Below are positions 15,204-23,957 of a DNA stretch of 36,336 nucleotides, piece by piece. The notes under the pieces are model-generated. The model searched no databases. It saw nothing but the letters and a program-made list of their open reading frames with translations, and was not told the origin of the DNA. Position numbers and translations under genes: made by a program. This DNA is from Chthonomonadaceae bacterium (GTDB lineage Bacteria; Armatimonadota; Chthonomonadetes; Chthonomonadales; Chthonomonadaceae), in contig DASRGZ010000170.1 in the NCBI GenBank assembly GCA_035650735.1, forward strand, positions 1 to 36,336, read 5' to 3'. The stretch's first letter is position 1. Each line of letters begins with the position of its first letter.

Positions 15204-18002
15204 CTATCTATACAGGCGCTTATCCCGCATCGCCTCGCGAATGGTCTTGGTATCCAGCGGCAGCGGACGCACCCGCCCGTTGGGAACAAAGTCGCGCGGC
15301 GTGATCAGGAGGGCGTCAATCGAAAAGGCGTAGTTGGGCGGGGAGGCGGCGCGGTCGGTGACGTAGATGGTCAGCCGCTGCCGTTCGCCCTTCTTCAGGT
15401 TGGCCGTGCCGAGCAGGAACCACCCGAAGCGGTCGTTGAGGTAGAGCGGGCCGCGCGGAGTGGGGTCGGCGACCTCCTGGGCCGGTTCCTGGTTGATGCG
15501 CCACTGGATGGGCGAAGTGCTTGGGCCAGGCGGCGTGCCGGCCAACCAGAAATTATACCTGCCGTCGGCGGGCACGTCGAACAGATAGAACGCGCCGTAG
15601 GGAAGCCGACCGGGCGGGTTGGGCGTGGAGAGGCGCAGGTAGCCGCCCCCGCTGGCCGCGGCGTTGGGCGCGATCTCGGTGAACGTGCTGTACCGGGTCT
15701 CGCCCTCCAGCCAGATGTAGGGCTTGACATCCTGCAGCAGCTTCTCCAGCGAGGCGCGCGCGAACGTGTAGGCCGTTTCAAAGTCCTTCTGCGTCCTGTA
15801 GGCGTATTGGGCGCGATCCAGGGAGAACGCCTCGGTTTCCGCCGCGGGGATCTTTTGCGCCCTGGCGGTAGCCAGCAGTGCATTAAGCTCGATGATCGCG
15901 TCGGCAGCCGCTTCCTGTGGCACGAGCCGCTGCCCGCCCGTCTGGAAGAGGACCGGCGTTTCGTCCAGCGTGACCACGACAACCGATTTGCCCTCGACCT
16001 TCACCGGCACGGGCGTGCCGTCGGGCGCAAAGGCCCGCACCTGCCGGGCGTCCGGGCACCATAGATGCGTCTCCCGCTTGCCCTGCAAGGAGACTAGCGC
16101 CGTCTCCATCTCCCCCTCGCCCTTCTGGAGGATGTAGCCGCTATAGGAGGGCCACCAGTCTAGCTCCTCGCCGGGATAGAACGAATCCATCCACAGGACG
16201 TTAGGTGCGCCGGGCACGGGGCCAATGCGCGCGGGGCCGGGCGCAGATTGCGGGAAGAAGAGGATGCGCGGGGCGTAGTCGGCTGCGGGCGCGACCCGGG
16301 CCGCGTAGTCCTTCAGCCAGTCCAGCGAGTCGGGGTGGCGCAGCCATTCCATAGCGCCTCCCGCCGCCTCCTCCGGATTGGTCTGGAGGCCGTCGGCGAA
16401 GAATCCCTTTATGCCGACGGTACGCAGCCAGTTCAGGTCGTCAAAGAGGCTGGCGCGGCTCGTATAGCCGCCGCTGGAGGCCGGCTGGCCCGGCGGGAGG
16501 GCGGCGGTGGTCGGCTGTGGGTTGACGGCGGGTTGGGGAGTTGGTTCAGCCGCGCCGACGATCTCGGTCGCCACGCACCACATGGTGCGCGCGGCCTGCT
16601 CGGCCTCGCTGTAGGCCGGAGCCACCACGCGCGAGACGAGCGCCGCGCCATGCGCCCTGGCGGCGATGCCCAGGCCATCAAAGCCGCCCTGCGGGTCGGT
16701 GTTGCAGAAAATGGGGTGCGAGTGCGTCCAGGTGACGACGACCGGGACATCGGCGACCTGCTTCTTGAGCACGTTCGCCATTGTGTTCAGGTAGTAGAGG
16801 ATGGCCTCGTTGCGGTATTGCAGGAAATCCTGCCACCAGCGCGACTGCTCGGCGTCGAGGATGCGGTACGGGCGGTGGGCAGCCGGGTCATAGAAGTAGG
16901 GGACGCCGCGCCCGTTGGCCCAGAGCGGTACGAGCCGCGCCAGATCTCGAAGCGTCTTGAAATCGCCCTCGTTGATAGCCCAAGCCAGCTTCAGGTCGTC
17001 TACGTTCGGGTATTTGCGGGTGAGATATCCCTCCCACTCCAGCAGGAAGTTGGGCGAATCGGGGACAAGGTAATCCGACTCGTTGAGCAGGCCGAGGTGC
17101 CGGGCCAGCGGATCGAGGAAGAAGCGCAGCCCGCCGCCGAACTTGACCTGCCCCAGATAGGTGAGCACGCGATCCCGATAGTCGTCGAAGCCGGCCCAGA
17201 GGTCAGGCAGCTCGCCATCCCCGGCGGGGATCGCCTTGTGCGGGTAAAGGATGGCGACGACCTTGCCGGCGGCCTCCGGCGCGTCTATCGGGACGCTGAC
17301 GACGCCGTCGCGTACGGTGACCTGGCCGCTGCGCCCCTGGAGGATCTTGTTGTCGTCATCGGCGTCGGTCAGGATGAGGAGGGCGGTATCGGCGTGGGGA
17401 ACCTGCCAGGTCGCGCTGACACTGTCCTTATCGGCAAAGCGGTAGGCGGCGGGCTTGACGACCGTTCCGGTCAGCGGGGCGCTCAGGCCGGGACCGAACG
17501 CCAGGCCGTAGCGGAACCCGTTGGCATCCAGATAGTCCACGAGGCGCTGAAGGGCCTGGAGGGGCACGTCAGGAAGGGGCTTGCCCGGCCAGAGAAGGAT
17601 GTCCTGCAAGCCCTTGCTCTTGAGCGTGGAGAGCGCGGCGACATCTTCCTGCCAGGCGGCATCCGTGTCGCTGGCAAAGGAGCGCGGAGCGAACGTGCCG
17701 CCGACGGGCAGATAGGGCTGGCCGTCCCAGATCAGGGTTTTGGTTTCGGCGATCTGCCAGCGATGGGCCGCGCCCGTGCGGTCGGTAAAGGCGCCGGTCG
17801 TGACCGGTCGGGCCGGCTTGGGCGGCGTGGGCTCGGCTGCGGGCGGGCGGCGCTGCGCGGCGGCAGCGGGGCCGAGGGACGGGGCGGCGAGCAGCGTGAA
17901 GGCCAGCAGGCCGGAGAGACAGACGGCAGGCACGCCGCGTTTGTTGGCGGCAGCGGCACGGACAGCCCTGTCGTGTCGAGCGCATGTTTCCTTGCTATGC
18001 AT
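15204..18002 (-). CDS. Large secreted hypothetical protein, possibly glycoside-hydrolase-like with a C-terminal beta-sandwich
   Basis: Long ORF with typical codon usage; hydrophobic signal (CLSGLLAFTLLAAPSLGPAAAA); LIWDGQPYLPVGG, YLTRKYPNVDDLKLAW and WLEGE...ASGGGYL segments recall glycosidase/CBM modules. Start uncertain (GTG 18071 or ATG 18002). Confidence 0.75.
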   Translation of the reverse strand: MHSKETCARHDRAVRAAAANKRGVPAVCLSGLLAFTLLAAPSLGPAAAAQRRPPAAEPTPPKPARPVTTGAFTDRTGAAHRWQIAETKTLIWDGQPYLPVGGTFAPRSFASDTDAAWQEDVAALSTLKSKGLQDILLWPGKPLPDVPLQALQRLVDYLDANGFRYGLAFGPGLSAPLTGTVVKPAAYRFADKDSVSATWQVPHADTALLILTDADDDNKILQGRSGQVTVRDGVVSVPIDAPEAAGKVVAILYPHKAIPAGDGELPDLWAGFDDYRDRVLTYLGQVKFGGGLRFFLDPLARHLGLLNESDYLVPDSPNFLLEWEGYLTRKYPNVDDLKLAWAINEGDFKTLRDLARLVPLWANGRGVPYFYDPAAHRPYRILDAEQSRWWQDFLQYRNEAILYYLNTMANVLKKQVADVPVVVTWTHSHPIFCNTDPQGGFDGLGIAARAHGAALVSRVVAPAYSEAEQAARTMWCVATEIVGAAEPTPQPAVNPQPTTAALPPGQPASSGGYTSRASLFDDLNWLRTVGIKGFFADGLQTNPEEAAGGAMEWLRHPDSLDWLKDYAARVAPAADYAPRILFFPQSAPGPARIGPVPGAPNVLWMDSFYPGEELDWWPSYSGYILQKGEGEMETALVSLQGKRETHLWCPDARQVRAFAPDGTPVPVKVEGKSVVVVTLDETPVLFQTGGQRLVPQEAAADAIIELNALLATARAQKIPAAETEAFSLDRAQYAYRTQKDFETAYTFARASLEKLLQDVKPYIWLEGETRYSTFTEIAPNAAASGGGYLRLSTPNPPGRLPYGAFYLFDVPADGRYNFWLAGTPPGPSTSPIQWRINQEPAQEVADPTPRGPLYLNDRFGWFLLGTANLKKGERQRLTIYVTDRAASPPNYAFSIDALLITPRDFVPNGRVRPLPLDTKTIREAMRDKRLYR

Positions 18003-18071
18003 GTTGGTAGAGCTTTCGGGGATGGACCGCCTGTGGTGAACAGGCGATCCAGCGCACAGCCGGCCCGCCAC

Positions 18072-18434
18072 TCAGGGCAGGGCCGAATACTCCGAGATGG
18101 GCGAGAAGTGAATGACCGTGACCGTATCCTCCACGGAGATGTCATCCGAATAGATGCGCCGCAGCAGGTGAACGACGTCCTCGTTCGTGCGGAACTCCGG
18201 GTTCTCTTTCTGGATTTCGCGCGGGGAGAGCTGGTCAATTGTCTTGACTTCGACGCGGTCCAGGATAGCGGTAAAGAGCTTTTGGCGGCGCGCAAAGCGC
18301 GGGCCGACCGTCACCCAGACGATCATGCCGGACCGGTATTTATCGGTTTTATCGCCGAGACGGATACTAACGGTCTTGCGCCCGTTCTTAAGGACTTCCT
18401 CATAAAATTCGGAATAGAAATTCAAGGCGAACAT
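18072..18434 (-). CDS. ASCH-domain (PUA-like) protein
   Basis: MFALNFYSEFYEEVLKNGRKTVSIRLGDK carries the GxKxxxxR ASCH signature; ends VTVIHF. Confidence 0.85.
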   Translation of the reverse strand: MFALNFYSEFYEEVLKNGRKTVSIRLGDKTDKYRSGMIVWVTVGPRFARRQKLFTAILDRVEVKTIDQLSPREIQKENPEFRTNEDVVHLLRRIYSDDISVEDTVTVIHFSPISEYSALP

Positions 18435-18567
18435 ACTTCCGCTCGCTTCCTTCTCCATAGGATAGGCTGCCGCAGGCCCGCATAGATAGCGGAGAGGTCG
18501 CCTGGCAGTCAACCATCTTAGCATAAAGAGGGCTCGCCGTCAACCGGTAGCTCTTCGTGGGGCTAAA

Positions 18568-19065
18568 AACCTTACCCCCGGCTCTATAGCCCTCACCCCC
18601 TGTCCCCCCACTGCCAGGGTCGGCCCTGCAATGGACTGCCAGGGTCGCGCCTACAATGGCTGGGCCCCTGCTCGGGTCGGCAAGGTGCTGCAAGGAACGG
18701 GCCTGCCATGGTTGGGCCCTCTGCCTTGCGAGGCCCGTGCCTCCGCCCAGCCACACCTGGCCACAGCCCTCCGCCTGGCGAGCCACGCTGCGGGAGAGGG
18801 GAGAGGACCTCACCCCCTACCCCTCTCCTTCGTAAGGAGAGGGGAGAATTTCTCGCTCCCAGGCTCTTTCGTTCTCTTTTATCTTCCCTTCTCCCCGGCC
18901 CTTCTCCCTGCAACGGAGAAGGGGAAGCAGAAGCCAACGCTGACTCTCCCCTCCCCTGTTCTTGGGGATCGCAAGGTGTCGCAAGGCGGAGGCAAGGGCC
19001 GTAACCTTGCCGACCCTGCGAACGCAGTGAGCGAACTAGGGAAGGGGGACGGGGGGGTTAGGTCA
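18568..19065. repeat. Mosaic cluster of REP-like hairpins with nested inserts
   Basis: Several CCTCACCCCC..CCCCTCTCC..GGAGAGGGG units in both orientations; 25-bp tandem repeat at 18610-18659; GGGTCGGCAAGG...GCCTTGCGA module present as two inverted copies. Confidence 0.8.
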
Positions 19066-19112
19066 AGAAGGGCCTGGGTGGGGGCCGCGTTCTCTTCCCT
19101 GATCGTGAGCGC

Positions 19113-20894
19113 CTACATCTGCTGGGGCGCGGTGACGCCAAGCAGCCCAAGCAGATTTCTCAGCACGATCCGCGCGCCGTTGACCAGGGCCAGACGCGCC
19201 GCCGTCAACTCGGGTGAAACGGGCTCCTCCTTGCCGGGCAGAACCCGGCAGTTCTCGTAGAAGATATTGAGCAGGCTCGCCAGGTCTATGGCGTAGCGCG
19301 TCAGGCGGTGGGGCGCGTAGTTCTCGGCGGCCAGGGCGACTTCCGTGGGGTAGTCGGCCAGCTTGCGCAGCACGTCCAGCTCGCTCGGATGCGAGAGCAG
19401 CGAGCGATTGACCGTGTCGGCAGGCTGAAGTTCCCAGCCCTGCTCTGAGGCCCGCCGCCGGATGTTGCAGAGGCGCGCATGGGCGTACTGCACGTAATAG
19501 ACCGGGTTCTCATTGGACTGCTTCTTAGCCAGCTCCACATCTACCGTCGCTGGCGTCTCATAGGAGTTGAGCAGGAAGTAAAAGCGGGCCGCGTCCTTGC
19601 CGATCTCGTCAATCAAGTCCTCTTTGAGCTCGATGACGTTGCCCTTGCGCTTGCCGCCGAGCACGGTCTCCCCATCGCGCACCAGGGAGACCATCTGCGT
19701 CAGGATGATCTCCAGGTCGTCCGGATTATAGCCGAGCGCGGCGACGCCAGCTTTGAGGCGGGCGACATAGCCGTGATGGTCTGCGCCCCAGATGTTGATG
19801 AGGTGATTGTAGCCGCGCCCGAACTTGTTGGCATGGTAAGCCGCGTCGGCAGCAATATAGGTCGCCTTCTCGTTGGAGCGGACGAGCACGCGGTCTTTCT
19901 CGTCGCCAAACGCGGTGGAGCGCAGCCAGAGCGCGCCGTCTTTCTCGTAGGCGTACCCGCGCTCGCGCAGGATGGCGATGGTGCGGTCTACCTCGCCCGA
20001 CTCGTAGAGGCTGCTCTCGAAGAACCAGGTGTCGAAGTGGACGCCGAAGGCATCCAGAGCGGCCCTCTGCGCAGCCACCATTCGCTCCAGGGTCACCCTG
20101 CGGAAGAAGGCGATGCGCTCCTCCTCCGGCGCCTGGGCGTAACCTGCCCCCACTTCCGCGACGATCTGCCTGGCAATGTCCTTGACGTACTCGCCCCGGT
20201 AGCCGTCTTTGGGGAAGTGGATCAGGGGAAGCTCGCCCGCCTGGCCCGGCTGCGCGGCGCCCGGCTCGATCACGTCTTCTTCCTCATCGTTGCCCGCCGG
20301 GATCAGAACCGGATAGCCAAGCTGCTGGAGATAGCGCACGTAGACCGAGTGGGCGAAAATCTCGAGCTGCCGGGAATTGAGAGCGTCGTTGATATAGTAT
20401 TCGCGCGCTGCCTCGCCCCCTTGCGCAGCCAGCAAATTGGCCAGCACGTCGCCAAGCACGGCGGCGCGTCCGTTGACGACGTTGATCGGGCCGGTGGGGT
20501 TGGCGCTGACGAACTCGATGAGCGTCCTCTGACCGGCGCGCTGGCGGCTCGTGCCGTAGCAGACATCCTCCGTCTCGATGCGCACCAGCGTATCGTGCAG
20601 CCAGTCGGGCTTGAGGTAGAAATTGATGAAGCCCGGCCCGGCCACCTCCACGCGCGCAATAAGCGGGCTCTCCGGTAGATGCCGGAGGATGCGCGCGGCG
20701 ATGTCGCGGCTATTTTCGATGCCGGTCGCCTTTTTCAGGGTCAGGGCGATATTGCTGGAGTAGTCGCCGTGTGCTTTGTTCTTGGGCGTCTCCAGCGCCA
20801 CGCTCACCGCATCGTCAGGAAGCGAGAACTCGCCCGCATCCCGCGCCGCCAGCACGGCCTGGCGCAGCAACGCGGCTAAATCATCCGTAATCAC
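19113..20894 (-). CDS. argS: Arginine--tRNA ligase
   Basis: HGDYSSNIA, AGPGFINF, EFVSANPTGP, REYYIND, EKDRVLVRS, IWGADHHGY, NENPVYYVQYAHAR, APHRL, LLGVTAPQQM. Confidence 0.97.
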   Translation of the reverse strand: MITDDLAALLRQAVLAARDAGEFSLPDDAVSVALETPKNKAHGDYSSNIALTLKKATGIENSRDIAARILRHLPESPLIARVEVAGPGFINFYLKPDWLHDTLVRIETEDVCYGTSRQRAGQRTLIEFVSANPTGPINVVNGRAAVLGDVLANLLAAQGGEAAREYYINDALNSRQLEIFAHSVYVRYLQQLGYPVLIPAGNDEEEDVIEPGAAQPGQAGELPLIHFPKDGYRGEYVKDIARQIVAEVGAGYAQAPEEERIAFFRRVTLERMVAAQRAALDAFGVHFDTWFFESSLYESGEVDRTIAILRERGYAYEKDGALWLRSTAFGDEKDRVLVRSNEKATYIAADAAYHANKFGRGYNHLINIWGADHHGYVARLKAGVAALGYNPDDLEIILTQMVSLVRDGETVLGGKRKGNVIELKEDLIDEIGKDAARFYFLLNSYETPATVDVELAKKQSNENPVYYVQYAHARLCNIRRRASEQGWELQPADTVNRSLLSHPSELDVLRKLADYPTEVALAAENYAPHRLTRYAIDLASLLNIFYENCRVLPGKEEPVSPELTAARLALVNGARIVLRNLLGLLGVTAPQQM

Positions 20895-20915
20895 AGACCA
20901 AAGCTCCTTGAAGGT

Positions 20916-22166
20916 CTAATGTTTCCACAGGCCCCAGGTCAGGCTGAGAAGCTGGATCGAGCCAAGCATTAAGCTCGACCCAACCATGATCTGCAGCAGG
21001 CCCATGCACCAGATACGACGATAAAGACGCGCTCGCGCGGGCGCGCTGTGCAGATATTTCTCCAGCAGCTCCTCTCCCGCCGCAATGCCGCTGGCGATCT
21101 GGCGGTCGCTGGCCGGTTTGGTGGTGAAGCGCTCCTGCAAGAACGTGCCGAAGGTGCGCCAGGTGAACAGCGTAGCAAGCCCGGCAAAAACGAGAGCAAA
21201 ATCGCCCACGTAAGGGATAGATTCCAGGGCTTGCCAGAGACCTCCGAACAGCACGACGGCCCCGACCAGATTGGTGCCGCAGCGCGGGTGGGCGCGGGGC
21301 ATCCGACGGACGACCTCGGGCGCGAGCGTCTCTTCGCGCTCGATGGCGTGGACAGTCTGATGCTCGGCGGCATGGTAGCCCGCCAGGCCCGTTGCGCGCA
21401 GCAGCAGCAAGAAGAGCAACAGCACCAGCCCTTGCAGTCCGAGCGAGACCAGGCCCGGCACGAACTGGCCCGCTGGCGGCGTATCGGCCAGGTCAAACAT
21501 GGGCGTTCGGGGCAGGTGGGCGTAATGCTGTGCCAGCCAGATGCCGCCGCTGACCAGCTTATACGAGAGGAGCATCAAGAGGCCCATCAGCATGCCGGTG
21601 CCGACCAGCGCCAGGTTGCTCGCGCCGGCCTGGATGGTTCCGTTGGTCAGATAGACGCCAAAAGGCGTGGCCATGCCGCCAATGAGGGCCGGGCGGGGCA
21701 TGGGCTGATCGGAGAGCAGCAGGTCGCTGGCCCGCACGATGCCCAGGCAATACCCCTCAGAGTCGACCACCGGAACCAGGCTCATGCCGTGCCGGGCACA
21801 TACCTGGCCGATCTCGGCGGGCGACATATCCGCGTGCGCGACGGCCTCCGGCGGGCGCATCAGGGCGGATACCGGCTGTCGCAGTTGCGCCTCGCGCTCC
21901 GCCTGCGAGCGCGCCTCCAGGATCGGCAGCACGTCGGTCAGGGAGACCATGCCGCAGAGATAGCCTCGTTGCAGCACCGGCAGCGTAGAGACGGCCTCCT
22001 GGCGAGTCACCTGAAGAAAGCGCGCCAGGCTGTCCTCGGGCGCCAGCAGCGGCGCGGGCCGCAGGAGCGCGCGCAGCGGCAATATGAAAAGATCGGGGGT
22101 AGCAGCCATTCTGTTTCCCGGTAAAATCCCTGGCGCGACGGCTTCCTGGGGAGGCCGCCGCGCCAT
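20916..22166 (-). CDS. CBS-pair plus DUF1385 membrane protein
   Basis: Two CBS repeats (LPVL..YLCGMVSLTDV; VPVVDSEGYCLGIV..SDL), then IGGMATPFGV, YHAAEHQTVHAIE, HPRCGT, LQERFTTKP of DUF1385. Start ATG 22166 or 22109. Confidence 0.85.
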   Translation of the reverse strand: MARRPPQEAVAPGILPGNRMAATPDLFILPLRALLRPAPLLAPEDSLARFLQVTRQEAVSTLPVLQRGYLCGMVSLTDVLPILEARSQAEREAQLRQPVSALMRPPEAVAHADMSPAEIGQVCARHGMSLVPVVDSEGYCLGIVRASDLLLSDQPMPRPALIGGMATPFGVYLTNGTIQAGASNLALVGTGMLMGLLMLLSYKLVSGGIWLAQHYAHLPRTPMFDLADTPPAGQFVPGLVSLGLQGLVLLLFLLLLRATGLAGYHAAEHQTVHAIEREETLAPEVVRRMPRAHPRCGTNLVGAVVLFGGLWQALESIPYVGDFALVFAGLATLFTWRTFGTFLQERFTTKPASDRQIASGIAAGEELLEKYLHSAPARARLYRRIWCMGLLQIMVGSSLMLGSIQLLSLTWGLWKH

Positions 22167-22177
22167 CTGTACCTGAA

Positions 22178-22206
22178 ATTATACACGCTAGAGAGGGGAT
22201 TTGCAA
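22178..22206 (-). promoter_or_regulatory. Sigma70-type promoter for the CBS-DUF1385/argS operon
   Basis: TTGCAA, 17-nt spacer, TATAAT on the minus strand. Confidence 0.7.
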
Positions 22207-22498
22207 GCGCCGCTGCCGTCGCAATCAGAGCAATTCCCTCTTCCTCGCATCGCAGATAGGCTCGCTTGGTTCGATGAAAAGGAAAAGCGCTCTGTGCAGT
22301 GGCCCTGCCGTCGCAGGCAGTATCCAAACGGTTGTCGGTGCTTTTATCGGGTGAGGGGACATCCAAAGCCCTAATTTTTTGCAACGTTGGGCGGCTCCTG
22401 GCGTCCATCGTAGTAGGATCGGTCGCCTTATGGCGACGTTTGCCCCGATTGAGAAGCGGGCGCAAGGGTGCGCTCGGAAACGAGGCCGGGGAACAATC

Positions 22499-22665
22499 GC
22501 CGTGCGGTGCCGGTCAAACCGACTAAGGAGAATTCTAGGTAGACACTCCCAGCCGTGTGGATCAATCTCACGCAGCCTGCTGCTGAGGAGATACGTCCAC
22601 ACCGTTGGGAGCGATTACCGAATTTTAGGTTACAGGAGGGGAACCGCGAGGAGTCGGGCGCGGCG
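22499..22665. ncRNA. Candidate structured RNA (long rod with central bubble, 6S-like shape)
   Basis: Inner stem 22546-22611 (CTCCCAGC/GTTGGGAG, GTGTGGA/TCCACAC, ATCTC/GAGAT, CAGC/GCTG) and outer pairings CGCCGTGC/GCGCGGCG and CCGACT/AGTCGG. Hand-folded only. Confidence 0.3.
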
Positions 22666-22702
22666 TCTCGCTCAGAAAGCACTTATCGTTTGAAAAGGGT
22701 AT

Positions 22703-23839
22703 ATGATGAACAGCATCCATGAACTGCTGGAAGTAGCGATACAAGCGAAAGCCTCCGATCTGGTGATCAAGGCCGGAACGGTGCCTATCATTCGGGTGGA
22801 CGGTCGCATGCAGGCCACCGATCTGCCGCCGCTCTCCCCGGAAGGCACGCGGGAACTGGCCTATGAGGTCATGTACAGCGCGAGCCGGGACGTGCTGCTG
22901 CAATATCCCAATTCGGAGGCGGCGGTCGGCGTGGATATGGAGGATGCCGAGGCCCGCATGAAGGAGTTGGAGCACAAGCAGGAATTGGACATGGTCTTTA
23001 CGATTCCTGGCCTGGCCCGCGTGCGGGCCAATCTGTTCTTGCAGCGCGCCACGATTGGGGCGGCGCTGCGCATTATCCCGCTGCATCCTTACACCGTGGA
23101 CGAGTTGGCGCTGCCGCCCATCCTTAAGAAGATGGCGCTGGAGCCGCAGGGCCTGATCATCCTTACCGGGCCAACCGGCAGCGGCAAGACGACCACCATG
23201 GCCGCCCTCATCGAGGAGATCAACCGTAACAAGCCGGCCAATATCTTCACCATTGAGGAGCCTATCGAGTACGTCTTCACGGACAAGAAGAGCGTCATTC
23301 ACCAGCGCGAGGTCGGACAGGATACCCAGTCGTTCGCGTCGGCGCTGCGCAGCGTGACGCGCCAGACCCCCGACGTCATCGCCATCGGCGAGCTGCGCGA
23401 TAGGGAGACGATGGATGTCGCCATGACCGCCGCCGAGATCGGCCACCTGGTCATTACCACCCTGCACACGACTTCCGCCTCCGCCACCGTGGACCGCATC
23501 GTCAACAGCTTCCCGCAGCATTTGAAGCAGCAGGTCTGCCAGCAGTTGAGCGCCTCCCTGCTGTGTGTGACCTCGCAGCGCCTGGTCCACCGGGCCAACG
23601 GCAGCGGACGCCTGCCTGCCGTGGAGGTGATGACCGCCTCGCCAACCGTCAAGAAGCTCCTGGACGATGGCGATACCGGCGACCTCTACGCCTGTATCCG
23701 GGACGGGGCGCACTTCGGCATGAATACAATGAACCAGGCGCTGGAGCGGCTCTATCAGGCCCGCATCATCACCTATGAGGAGGCGATCCAGTACGCGGGC
23801 AACCAGACGGAGCTGCGCCAGATGCTGCGCCGGCAGTGA
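22703..23839 (+). CDS. pilT: PilT/PilU-family type IV pilus ATPase
   Basis: ASDLVIKAG..PIIRVDG, GPTGSGKTTT (Walker A), TIEEPIEY, QREVGQDT, PDVIAIGELRD (Walker B), GHLVITTLHT, SQRL, GMNTMNQAL. Confidence 0.9.
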   Translation: MMNSIHELLEVAIQAKASDLVIKAGTVPIIRVDGRMQATDLPPLSPEGTRELAYEVMYSASRDVLLQYPNSEAAVGVDMEDAEARMKELEHKQELDMVFTIPGLARVRANLFLQRATIGAALRIIPLHPYTVDELALPPILKKMALEPQGLIILTGPTGSGKTTTMAALIEEINRNKPANIFTIEEPIEYVFTDKKSVIHQREVGQDTQSFASALRSVTRQTPDVIAIGELRDRETMDVAMTAAEIGHLVITTLHTTSASATVDRIVNSFPQHLKQQVCQQLSASLLCVTSQRLVHRANGSGRLPAVEVMTASPTVKKLLDDGDTGDLYACIRDGAHFGMNTMNQALERLYQARIITYEEAIQYAGNQTELRQMLRRQ

Positions 23840-23957
23840 CGACTTCCGCCTTGAAAGACGAAGCGGGGAAGCCCTCAATTAGAGGGAACTTTCCTCTTCC
23901 ATGAACAGACTTACGGGCGGCATACGCTATCACTCTGCTCATGGAGGAATCGAGACG

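Noticed and set aside
16248..18485. 745-aa plus-strand ORF and other long antisense ORFs (1498-2805, 4283-5578, 5835-6974, 19479-20678, 22625-23878)
   Set aside because: Shadow frames of well-supported genes in high-GC DNA; no recognisable motifs.
18610..18659. Tandem repeats here and at 3017-3057 as CRISPR arrays
   Set aside because: Only two units each, no unique spacers of CRISPR length, no cas genes.
18593..19260. ORFs across the repeat cluster (18631-19260, 18593-18937, 18708-19004)
   Set aside because: Translations of palindromic repeats (PHPLPLS/GEG patterns), not proteins.
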